Origin: a bacterium
Lineage (GTDB): Bacteria > Patescibacteriota > Minisyncoccia > Phycocordibacterales > UBA12088
DNA: 64,000 bases
NCBI GenBank assembly: GCA_003252295.1
Contig: QKEV01000003.1
Coordinates: 128,701 to 192,700, forward strand
Reading direction: 5' to 3'
Below the pieces are notes generated by a model, which had not been told where the DNA came from, did not search any database, and saw only the letters and a list, made by a program, of their open reading frames with translations. Positions 54,694 through 62,440 of the stretch are shown here, piece after piece (within the stretch, counting starts at the first letter, position 1; each line of letters opens with the position of its first letter). A program made the translations under genes and the position numbers.

Positions 54694-55779
54694 ATGTTAC
54701 AACGGCTCGCAGTAGTAGCTGCCTTGTTAGTAATGCTTGTTAACGTGAATGTGGCTCACGCTGGTTTTGGAATAACGCCACCATACGTTCGTAACGATAA
54801 ACTTACTCAGGGCTCAACGTACACACAGGAGATAATTCTTGTGCGTGGTGACCCTGTTGAGGACCTGAAAGCTGAGATCACGGTTAACGTTCCAGGTATT
54901 GAGGACTGGATCACTATTGATAAGGGAAATGAATTTTTGCTTCCAGCAGGGGCTAAGCAGGTACCTATGCAGGTAACCGTTAGTGTCCCTGATAATGCGG
55001 CATATGAACGTTACCAAGGAAATATTCGTATACGCACCCTTTCACCTGACCCAGCAAGTGGTGTGTCTATCGCACTTGGTGCACAGATAGATGTTGATTT
55101 GCGTGTTGTTGATGAGATACGTGACTTTGAGGTAAAGCGTGTGCAAATGAGTGAGACTGAGGAGCCAACACGTCTGTGGTGGCTTGAGTTTCCAGGAAGG
55201 ATACAGTTTTCGATGGGTATAGAGAACACTGGTAATGCTCCAGTTGCCCCATCAAAGGTGCAGTTGGATATATATGATAGGAAGGGGAATATTGTACTTG
55301 AAACAACATATAATACGAATGAACTTGATGAGATCCTACCTTTCGAGACGCGTGAGATATATGCATTCATCCCTACTCGACTGCCTTCTGGCGCGTACCT
55401 CGTAAAGTACTCTATTTTTAGGTATGACGATGATATTAAACGTACTGGTGAACTAACGCTTTCTATACTGCCATCAGGAACACTGAGTTCGTACGCTGGG
55501 TACGGTTTTGAGGGACTTTCCATGTCTGACAAAATGACTATTTTTGTTCCGATTGGTCTCTTACTCCTCATACTCATACTGACCATTACGATTTTGTCTT
55601 TGCGAAAAAAGAATAAGAAACAGCGACGACATACACCGCGAGGGAAAGGAGGACATGAAGATTATGACGCATCTTACTACCGTGATCCGAGAACGCCACA
55701 ACGCAGGGCGCCACCACAGAAAACACAGTATGGTGGTAGTCATGAGGTTGTTGACCTATCTCGTACAAGGAGACGGTAG
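54694..55779 (+). CDS. Cell-surface protein, DUF916/DUF3324-like paralog 4, with a C-terminal TM anchor and a basic tail.
   Basis: Signal peptide LAVVAALLVMLVNVNVAHA. Conserved EDWITIDKGNEFLLPAGAKQVPMQVTVSVPDNAAYERYQGNIRIRT. TM helix IFVPIGLLLLILILTITILSL, then KKNKKQRRH. CATAAAT box 5 nt before the ATG. Confidence 0.7.
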   Translation: MLQRLAVVAALLVMLVNVNVAHAGFGITPPYVRNDKLTQGSTYTQEIILVRGDPVEDLKAEITVNVPGIEDWITIDKGNEFLLPAGAKQVPMQVTVSVPDNAAYERYQGNIRIRTLSPDPASGVSIALGAQIDVDLRVVDEIRDFEVKRVQMSETEEPTRLWWLEFPGRIQFSMGIENTGNAPVAPSKVQLDIYDRKGNIVLETTYNTNELDEILPFETREIYAFIPTRLPSGAYLVKYSIFRYDDDIKRTGELTLSILPSGTLSSYAGYGFEGLSMSDKMTIFVPIGLLLLILILTITILSLRKKNKKQRRHTPRGKGGHEDYDASYYRDPRTPQRRAPPQKTQYGGSHEVVDLSRTRRR

Positions 55780-55785
55780 CAAGGT

Positions 55786-56973
55786 ATGATTTCCTCAGTG
55801 CTCAGTGTAAGGTGTAAGGCACAACTACTTATTGTACTTGGAACTGTTCTTACAGGAATTGTATTTGCTCTGTCTACTCAAAGTGCGTATGCACAGTACA
55901 CTGCTACAACAACAGTATCATTAACGGTTTGTGGAGATGCTATTGTTGCACCTGGTGAGTTTTGTGATGATGGAATAAATACTGGTGCTTACGGTGACTC
56001 TATTGCTGGAAGGGTTTGCGATCCAATCTGTAGTGCGTGGGGACCGTACTGTGGTGATGGCGTAATACAAGCTTTTTACGGAGAGGAATGTGATGATGGT
56101 AATAACACCTCTGGCGATATTTGTAGTGCAACGTGTCAAAATGAGACCGATCCAGTTACTGAAGGTGGAGGTGGTAGCGGTGGTCCAGGTGGAGGTGGTG
56201 GAGAGAGTAGTGGTGGAAGTGGTATAAAAGGTGCAAGTAAAGACGGTGAGATTGATTATGAAGGTGACACGAATGTAAACATAAACGGAAGAGCATGTCC
56301 TGGTTCAACTATAACCGTGCTTCGTGATGGTGAGGTTGATCGAGTGGTGGAAGCAGATTCTTCTTCAGAGTTTAGTTTTACGCTCACTGATCAAACCCCA
56401 GGCATCACCACATTAGGTTTTTGGGTACTTGATAATGATGGAAGACGTTCAGTAACATACTCTGCAACATTTCAAATAATTGAAAATGCTGTAACGACAC
56501 TTTCTGGTGTACTCATTCCACCTACCATTGCAGTAGTACCTGAGCAAGTACCATACGGTGAGGCAGTTACCTTTGAAGGATGTGCGCTTCCTGCAACACA
56601 GATTCAGGCATACATTGATAGCAATGAGACACCAGATGAAACGTTGGTTGCAAATAATGGTGACTGGGCAATCGTGCATGACACAACAGAACTTAGTAAT
56701 GAATCGTTCCATACAGTGAAGGCGAACTACATAGATCCGACAAACATTGAACTCAAGAGCGGATATAGTTTGATTACTAGTTTTTATGTAGGGAACAGAG
56801 ACGTAAACACAAATATGACTGCAGACCTCAACTTTGATGGGTTTGTAAATTTGACAGATTTTTCCATCCTTCTCTTTAACTGGGGCATGACAGGAGGGAT
56901 AGCGGACATAGATCAAAATGGCAGTGTAGCGTTGTCGGACTTCTCCATCATGCTTTTTTACTGGACTGGGTAA
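55786..56973 (+). CDS. Secreted protein with a Myxococcus-type Cys-rich repeat region, an Ig-like domain and a C-terminal type-I dockerin-like module.
   Basis: CGDAIVAPGEFCDDGINTG...CGDGVIQAFYGEECDDGNNTSGDICSATC fits the C..CGDG....E.CDDGN repeat. The Ig-like block is shared with the ORF at 20125. C-terminus ADLNFDGFVNLTDFSILLFNWGMTGGIADIDQNGSVALSDFSIMLFYWTG. Confidence 0.8.
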   Translation: MISSVLSVRCKAQLLIVLGTVLTGIVFALSTQSAYAQYTATTTVSLTVCGDAIVAPGEFCDDGINTGAYGDSIAGRVCDPICSAWGPYCGDGVIQAFYGEECDDGNNTSGDICSATCQNETDPVTEGGGGSGGPGGGGGESSGGSGIKGASKDGEIDYEGDTNVNINGRACPGSTITVLRDGEVDRVVEADSSSEFSFTLTDQTPGITTLGFWVLDNDGRRSVTYSATFQIIENAVTTLSGVLIPPTIAVVPEQVPYGEAVTFEGCALPATQIQAYIDSNETPDETLVANNGDWAIVHDTTELSNESFHTVKANYIDPTNIELKSGYSLITSFYVGNRDVNTNMTADLNFDGFVNLTDFSILLFNWGMTGGIADIDQNGSVALSDFSIMLFYWTG

Positions 56974-56974
56974 A

Positions 56975-57095
56975 TATCGCCAGTTTTGGATAATTTCGTT
57001 GTTATCTGTGTCGATAACTTTTTCACCGTATACTTATACGGCTCAAAAGTGTATCTCCTTGACGCCTAGAACTTATCTCAAAACTGGCGATATTT
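56975..57095 (+). repeat. Conserved intergenic element, copy D, bounded by a perfect 17-bp inverted repeat.
   Basis: aaatatcgccagttttg (56975-56991) pairs with caaaactggcgatattt (57079-57095). Inside are gttatctgtgtcgataac and ttcaCCGTATacttATACGGctc (57022-57044), then ctccttgacgcctagaactta. Confidence 0.7.
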
Positions 57096-57187
57096 AAGCT
57101 TCGATGTTTTAAAAACAAAACCCTCAGATACTACGATATTGCATATGTTTTATTTAATGTGGTGTTAAGATAGTAATATAAGAATGT

Positions 57188-57796
57188 ATGAAAAAATTAC
57201 TACTCACATCAAATGGTCTTAGGAATGAACAAATTATTAAAACATTTCTTGATGAACTATCTAAAAAGGTTGAGGAGATCAATGCGTTAGTTGTTGCATA
57301 TGCACAAACTCAAGAGGAAGAGTTTTATGTAAATGAGTCAAAACAAGAGTTGCTTAAACTTGGTGTACAAACTGTTGTAGTAAAAAACATAAACGACTTA
57401 GTTGATGTGGATAAATTACCTGATTTTGATCTTATGTATGTCTGTGGTGGTAATACTTTTAAAATTTTACATAAACTACGAGAAACTAGGTTGGATGTGT
57501 ATATAACAAAGCAAGTTGAACAAGGGGCACTGTATGTAGGTGTATCTGCAGGAAGTATTATAGCTGGACCTGATATAGAAATTGCCGGTTGGGGCAGCGA
57601 GGGTGATGAAAATGAGGTTAACTTACAAGATCTAGAGGGTTTTAATTTCACAGACATTGCGGTTTTCCCGCATTTTCATGAAGAACTAAGGAGGGAAGTG
57701 GAAGAGTTTAGGAAGAAGGTTGAGTATAGGGTGGTTGAGTTGACAGACGAACAGGCGCTTATTGTAATAGATGATTTTGATAAACTTGTAGGGTAG
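57188..57796 (+). CDS. pepE: Peptidase S51 family (dipeptidase E / PepE-like).
   Basis: LLLTSNG, VCGGNTFKILHKL, GALYVGVSAGSIIAG and FNFTDIAVFPHF align with E. coli PepE motifs LLLSNS, VGGGNTFQLL, GALYIGWSAGA and LNLFPLQINPHF. Confidence 0.8.
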   Translation: MKKLLLTSNGLRNEQIIKTFLDELSKKVEEINALVVAYAQTQEEEFYVNESKQELLKLGVQTVVVKNINDLVDVDKLPDFDLMYVCGGNTFKILHKLRETRLDVYITKQVEQGALYVGVSAGSIIAGPDIEIAGWGSEGDENEVNLQDLEGFNFTDIAVFPHFHEELRREVEEFRKKVEYRVVELTDEQALIVIDDFDKLVG

Positions 57797-57806
57797 AAAT
57801 ATTGAT

Positions 57807-57830
57807 TGCTCGCGAATTAATTCGCGAGCA
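57807..57830. terminator. Perfect 24-bp palindrome / terminator hairpin.
   Basis: tgctcgcgaattaattcgcgagca, 10 nt after the pepE-like stop. Confidence 0.55.
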
Positions 57831-57879
57831 GAACTCTAAACACTAAACTTTTCACTCCAAACTCACTTAGCTATCCACT

Positions 57880-57910
57880 CAGAACTCAGAACTCAGAACC
57901 CAGAACCCAG
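57880..57910. repeat. Short tandem repeat (cagaact x2 then cagaacc x2).
   Basis: cagaactcagaactcagaacccagaacccag, upstream of a tatactatagg -10-like box and the ATG at 57933. Confidence 0.6.
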
Positions 57911-57932
57911 TAAACTACGGTATACTATAGGC

Positions 57933-58970
57933 ATGTACTACCAGCGTTTTTTTGGGGTGCTTTTACTTGTACTGTTGCTTGTTCCGCAAGGTGTTGGTGC
58001 TGTTCAAATCACTCTTGATACAGAGGAAGAGATGCAAAATCATCTTGATACTTTTTACGTACCAGTGCGTATTGATACTGAAGGTGAATGTATTAATGCA
58101 GTAAAGGTTGTTCTTGCTTACAATCCAGACGAAATTTCTATCAAAGATGTACTCACTGGTGATTCAGTGGTGACTTTATGGACAGAGAAACCTACTGTTG
58201 CACTAGAGGATGGCCATGAGATGGGGCGTGTGAGTTTTGAGGGTGGTATACCTGGAGGGTACTGCGGGAGGGTGGCAGGTGATCCTGGGCTTACTAATAT
58301 TTTAGCAAAACTTGCGGTGACAGGTGTTCCTGGGTCAGTTGAATTTGGTAGCACCTTGGAAACACAGATAGTGGTTGATCCAAACACCAAAGTATTTCTC
58401 CACGATGGACTTGGTACTGAAGCATCACTTACCACACTAGGTCTTGAACTTTCAGTAACACACTCAACAACCACAGGAAGTAATATCTGGCTTAGAGATG
58501 TACAAGCAGACACCATAGCCCCTGAAGATTTTGATATTACCCTTGTTGAGGGACCATCAGCAGGGAACCAGAAGCATTACATTGTTTTCAATACGACCGA
58601 TAAGCAGAGTGGTGTTGATCACTATGAAGTGCTGGAAACAGATCCTGACAAGTTTGGTTTCCTCTCCTGGTTGCCTAAAAAGGCTTACTGGGTGATAGCT
58701 GAAAGCCCCTTTGTGCTTCGAGACCAAAGGTTGCAATCAAAAATAATGGTGAAAGCGGTTGATAAGAATGGTAATGAGCGCATCAGTATATATACACCAC
58801 CTATTTCAACATTTGATCAACTTACAAGGATGAGTACCATGTTACCACTTCTTGGAATACTGCTCTTCATAGCAGTGCTTGCTGTCGTACTTTTGCGGAT
58901 GAGGAGGTGGTGTACAGAAAAAGAAAAGGTAAAGGAATCAACAAGTCATGACCATGAATCATATGAATAG
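57933..58970 (+). CDS. Membrane-anchored cohesin-like protein: signal peptide, cohesin-like domain, Ig-like domain, C-terminal TM.
   Basis: VQITLDTEEEMQNHLDTFYVPVRIDTEGECINAVKVVLAYNPDEISIKDV...GRVSFEGG has a cohesin-like pattern. TM helix LPLLGILLFIAVLAVVLL. Paralogous to the ORFs at 22989 and 58948. Confidence 0.55.
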   Translation: MYYQRFFGVLLLVLLLVPQGVGAVQITLDTEEEMQNHLDTFYVPVRIDTEGECINAVKVVLAYNPDEISIKDVLTGDSVVTLWTEKPTVALEDGHEMGRVSFEGGIPGGYCGRVAGDPGLTNILAKLAVTGVPGSVEFGSTLETQIVVDPNTKVFLHDGLGTEASLTTLGLELSVTHSTTTGSNIWLRDVQADTIAPEDFDITLVEGPSAGNQKHYIVFNTTDKQSGVDHYEVLETDPDKFGFLSWLPKKAYWVIAESPFVLRDQRLQSKIMVKAVDKNGNERISIYTPPISTFDQLTRMSTMLPLLGILLFIAVLAVVLLRMRRWCTEKEKVKESTSHDHESYE

Positions 58971-60828
58971 ATTGATACTGCTTTGTATTTTTGGATTGTC
59001 ATTCCTGTTTCTTGGAACAGGAACGGTGTTTGCTCAAGAGGCGGCATCACTCTCTCTTGTGCCAGCAACAGGAGTGTATCCTGTAGGTGAGGAGTTTACG
59101 ATTGAGGTACGACTGGATACAGCTGGTGTTCAGGTAAGTACGGCTGATGCAACTATTTCATACAATCCTGAAGATATGTCATTTGTCTCTGTTTCAGGGG
59201 AGGGGTCAATTTTTAATCATGTGAGTCAGGTGGTTGATTCTGAGAAGGGTGAGGTGAGTATCTCCGGATTAGTTACCGGTGGTCAACAGGATTATGTCGG
59301 TGTCTACGGTCTAGTGGCAAGTATCACTTTTATGCCGAAGAGAAACGTTGCAACACAGCTGCACTTTGCAAGTGGTGGTGCTCGGAAGCTTCAGTTGGGG
59401 GCATCTGTGGGAGATGCACTCAATATTCTTTCTGTGCTCAATACTGCTACCTATACGTTTGTGCCAAGAGAAAATACAGTAGCATCTGTACAGCAAATGG
59501 TGGCAGGAGATATGACAAGTAAGCTTGAAATAACACCACTCCCCGTTCCAGATGGTGATTGGTTTGCCACAACAACAGTAAAGCTTAGTTGGACGGTACC
59601 AGAGGGTGCCTTGGAGATGCGTACACTCACAACAGGTGATCCAAGTGATATGCCAACTGAGTCGTACCAAATACCAGTTTCATCTATCGTTGTTGATGAT
59701 TTAAAAGAGGGAACAAACTACTTTTTGCTACAGTTTAAATTTGCAAGTGGTGATTGGGATTCGGTGATACAGTACCCATTACAGGTAGATATCTCAGATC
59801 CTGATTACATTACGGTACGGGAAGCACAACGTGAAGATGGAGCTGATCCACGTGTATCTTTTGAAGTAGAGGCAGGTGACAGTGTATCTGATATTTCTCA
59901 TTTTGAAATGGGTATTGATGGTGAACCAGGAGAGAAGTGGGTTAAAGAGGAACGTTCAGATAAGTATAGACCAGAAGAGTTAACGGCAGGAGAGCATGTC
60001 CTGACGGTTACTGCGTTTGATAATGCTGGAAACAGCACCTCTTCTGATTATGTATTTCTCGTGAGTTCACTTGAACCACCAACACTCACTCCTGAGAGTG
60101 TTCCAGATAGGGTACTCACCGGAGATACTATTACTGTTTCAGGAAGCTCGTACCCAAATGCTCAAGTGACAACATATATTTCTCTGAATGATGGTGAAGC
60201 GTCAGAAAAAACAGTGAAGACAGATGGTGTTGGCAACTTTGTTGTAGATATAACTGATGGTGCGCGTGCAGGGAAGTATACGATGTGGTTTTCAGTAACT
60301 GATGAGCGTGGAGCAACGAGCCCTAATTCAATACGTCGTTCAGTAACCGTAACACAACCAACCATCATGCTGTTAGGTCAGAAACCAATTACGTACTTAG
60401 CGGTCATTGTGCCACTCATTGCACTCATCGTCCTTTTGGGACTCGTGCTCTGGCTAGCGTATACGTGGGTCCGTGGGTATAGGAACAGGGTAAGACATGA
60501 GACGGGAGATGCGTACTACGCAGCAAAGGGAGAGTTTGACAAGCTTCGTAAGGAACTTGTTGAGCAGATAGGTATGTTAGAAAAGGCAAACCAATTACGT
60601 GAGCTTACACGAGAAGAGATGCGTATTTTTATAAACCTTTCGAAGCGACTCGATAAGATGGAACGACATATTATCCAAGAGATAGAAGATATTGAGGTGT
60701 TTGATGAGGATGAGAGTCTTGTAGAGGAAGAGTTGCATTCAGACAAAGAGGGCTCACTGGAACACTACAGGGAGAAGGTGAAGTTTGGTGAGCAGAAGTA
60801 CGACGAATCACATATTATTCGTTTGTAG
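58948..60828 (+). CDS. Membrane-anchored cohesin-like scaffold protein: cohesin-like domain, Ig/FN3-like domains, TM helix, cytoplasmic coiled-coil tail.
   Basis: ASLSLVPATGVYPVGEEFTIEVRLDTAGVQVSTADATISYNPEDMSFVSVSGEG...VASITFMPKRNVATQLHF. TM helix AVIVPLIALIVLLGLVLWLAY. The tail ...ELTREEMRIFINLSKRLDKMER resembles the tail of the ORF at 22989. Confidence 0.65.
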   Translation: MTMNHMNRLILLCIFGLSFLFLGTGTVFAQEAASLSLVPATGVYPVGEEFTIEVRLDTAGVQVSTADATISYNPEDMSFVSVSGEGSIFNHVSQVVDSEKGEVSISGLVTGGQQDYVGVYGLVASITFMPKRNVATQLHFASGGARKLQLGASVGDALNILSVLNTATYTFVPRENTVASVQQMVAGDMTSKLEITPLPVPDGDWFATTTVKLSWTVPEGALEMRTLTTGDPSDMPTESYQIPVSSIVVDDLKEGTNYFLLQFKFASGDWDSVIQYPLQVDISDPDYITVREAQREDGADPRVSFEVEAGDSVSDISHFEMGIDGEPGEKWVKEERSDKYRPEELTAGEHVLTVTAFDNAGNSTSSDYVFLVSSLEPPTLTPESVPDRVLTGDTITVSGSSYPNAQVTTYISLNDGEASEKTVKTDGVGNFVVDITDGARAGKYTMWFSVTDERGATSPNSIRRSVTVTQPTIMLLGQKPITYLAVIVPLIALIVLLGLVLWLAYTWVRGYRNRVRHETGDAYYAAKGEFDKLRKELVEQIGMLEKANQLRELTREEMRIFINLSKRLDKMERHIIQEIEDIEVFDEDESLVEEELHSDKEGSLEHYREKVKFGEQKYDESHIIRL

Positions 60829-60854
60829 GAATATTTATCATTATAGTAAGAAGA

Positions 60855-60891
60855 AAACCCCATACGACTAGTACCACGTCGTATGGGGTTC
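60855..60891. terminator. Bidirectional terminator between convergent genes.
   Basis: aagaaaaccccatacgactagtaccacgtcgtatggggtt: a perfect 11-bp stem (ccccatacgac / gtcgtatgggg). Confidence 0.7.
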
Positions 60892-60900
60892 GGTGGCGTT

Positions 60901-61425
60901 TTACTTTCTTTTCCACTGGACGTAGCTTTTTCTGGCTACTTCCTCCTGAATACAAATTTGCATCTCTTGTTCTGCATGTTGTTCAGCGCTGTTTCTGCTG
61001 TTTCTAATTCTTTTTCCAGCTTTGTCTGCAATTATGGTTGCATCGGCACTTTTTGTTAGCCCTCCTGCAATTAGAGCGGGTGCCATTTGTTTTAATTTTC
61101 CAAGGAATCTCTCTTTGCTTTTTTGAAACCTGGACTTTTGTCCAACGAGTACAACTTTTGCACGAATTCCTTGCTCTGCCCACATTTTATTAATCCTTTT
61201 TGCACACACGGGATATGCATCGAGGTGTGCTTGGGTAACCTGCATGCTTCTGTATTTAGGCATTTCAATTTCAAACACATGCACACCTGGTGTTCTGTTG
61301 CTGCTTGGCAGCATTTCTTTGGCATTTGATATACCCTGTGCGATATTTTCAACGCATGCTGTCTGGCTGAAAGCCAGAAATAATATCGCTACACAAAGAA
61401 GTGCAGCTCTCCATGTTTTTTTCAT
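60901..61425 (-). CDS. Putative secreted protein or lipoprotein of 174 aa, function unknown.
   Basis: Signal peptide ALLCVAILFLAFSQTAC with a possible lipobox Cys. The remainder is basic and helical. Confidence 0.5.
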   Translation of the reverse strand: MKKTWRAALLCVAILFLAFSQTACVENIAQGISNAKEMLPSSNRTPGVHVFEIEMPKYRSMQVTQAHLDAYPVCAKRINKMWAEQGIRAKVVLVGQKSRFQKSKERFLGKLKQMAPALIAGGLTKSADATIIADKAGKRIRNSRNSAEQHAEQEMQICIQEEVARKSYVQWKRK

Positions 61426-61519
61426 TTTGCACCTCCTTTGGGCACACTAAATTTGTTGTAAGTAAAACGCTATTTCCTAGATTCGTAATACCATACTTTT
61501 ATAAAAAAAGCAATATTTT

Positions 61520-62260
61520 CTATATCCAGCCAACCGCGAGTGATCCTAAGTTAGAGTCAGTTCCCATGTTTTTTATGAGTACACCTATGTCACTGAGGGT
61601 TATCTTTCCATCAAGGTTGAGGTCGTATGCACGTTCGTAGGCCATGAAGAGTCGTGCTGATACAATACCAAAATCAAAGAGATTGACTGTTTTGTCACCA
61701 TTCACGTCAGGACTTGGGTGCTCAGGAGGGCGGATGGTAAGTACAAGTGCATTGTTGCTGCTTGAAACTGGCATACCGGTGCCATCATGAGCCAGCATCT
61801 CTGAATTCTCAATATCTATTTTTGCAATACCTTCAGCTGTTGGTATGACAATAAAGGTAAGCACTACCCCATTTCCTAGAAAGCCGTTTTCAGTGACCAT
61901 GCCACCAGAAAACGTTATTTTGTTATCACTGGTTATTGTTGGCTCTTGTGTCCACAAATCAATAATAGAGTTTTCCCTTGAAATAGCATCAATAGAGACA
62001 AGTTCTTGTGGGGCAACAATAGTTGCTCCTAGTACATTTATCGGTTCGTTTGCATCAGCTATAACTTGTATGGTTACCTGTTCTCCCACCTCAACAAAAC
62101 GGTTGTCTTCAGAGGAGAGGTATATTTCTTCAGGGTCACGTATGAGAGAAAACGAAGATGCGAGCAAAAAAGCGATTGGCAAGGTAATGGCAATTTTTGT
62201 TCTATGTTTCTTCAAGTGGTGTCGTACGCTCATTATGGTACTAGTATACAGGTAAATCAT
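61520..62260 (-). CDS. Secreted adaptor protein carrying both a cohesin-like domain and a C-terminal dockerin-like module.
   Basis: Signal anchor IAITLPIAFLLASSFSL. Cohesin-like VEVGEQVTIQVIADANEPINVLGATIVAPQELVSIDAIS...ITFSGG...VLTFIVIPTAEG. C-terminus DVNGDKTVNLFDFGIVSARLF...DLNLDGKITLSDIGVLIKNMG, a duplicated D.N.D(G/K).(V/I)...D segment. Confidence 0.6.
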   Translation of the reverse strand: MIYLYTSTIMSVRHHLKKHRTKIAITLPIAFLLASSFSLIRDPEEIYLSSEDNRFVEVGEQVTIQVIADANEPINVLGATIVAPQELVSIDAISRENSIIDLWTQEPTITSDNKITFSGGMVTENGFLGNGVVLTFIVIPTAEGIAKIDIENSEMLAHDGTGMPVSSSNNALVLTIRPPEHPSPDVNGDKTVNLFDFGIVSARLFMAYERAYDLNLDGKITLSDIGVLIKNMGTDSNLGSLAVGWI

Positions 62261-62440
62261 TGTCTTTGTGGTAAGTGAGTCCTTAGGTGCTGTAGATAAC
62301 AGTTGCGATTATGTTCATTGTAATATGTTTTTTACAAGAAAAGAAAAACTTTTTAGTAGTTCTGGTGTATATGCAATACGTCAACCTTTTTGATGTAACT
62401 GGTACATTTGCTTAAGCGGTAGTATAGTAAATATCTGTAA

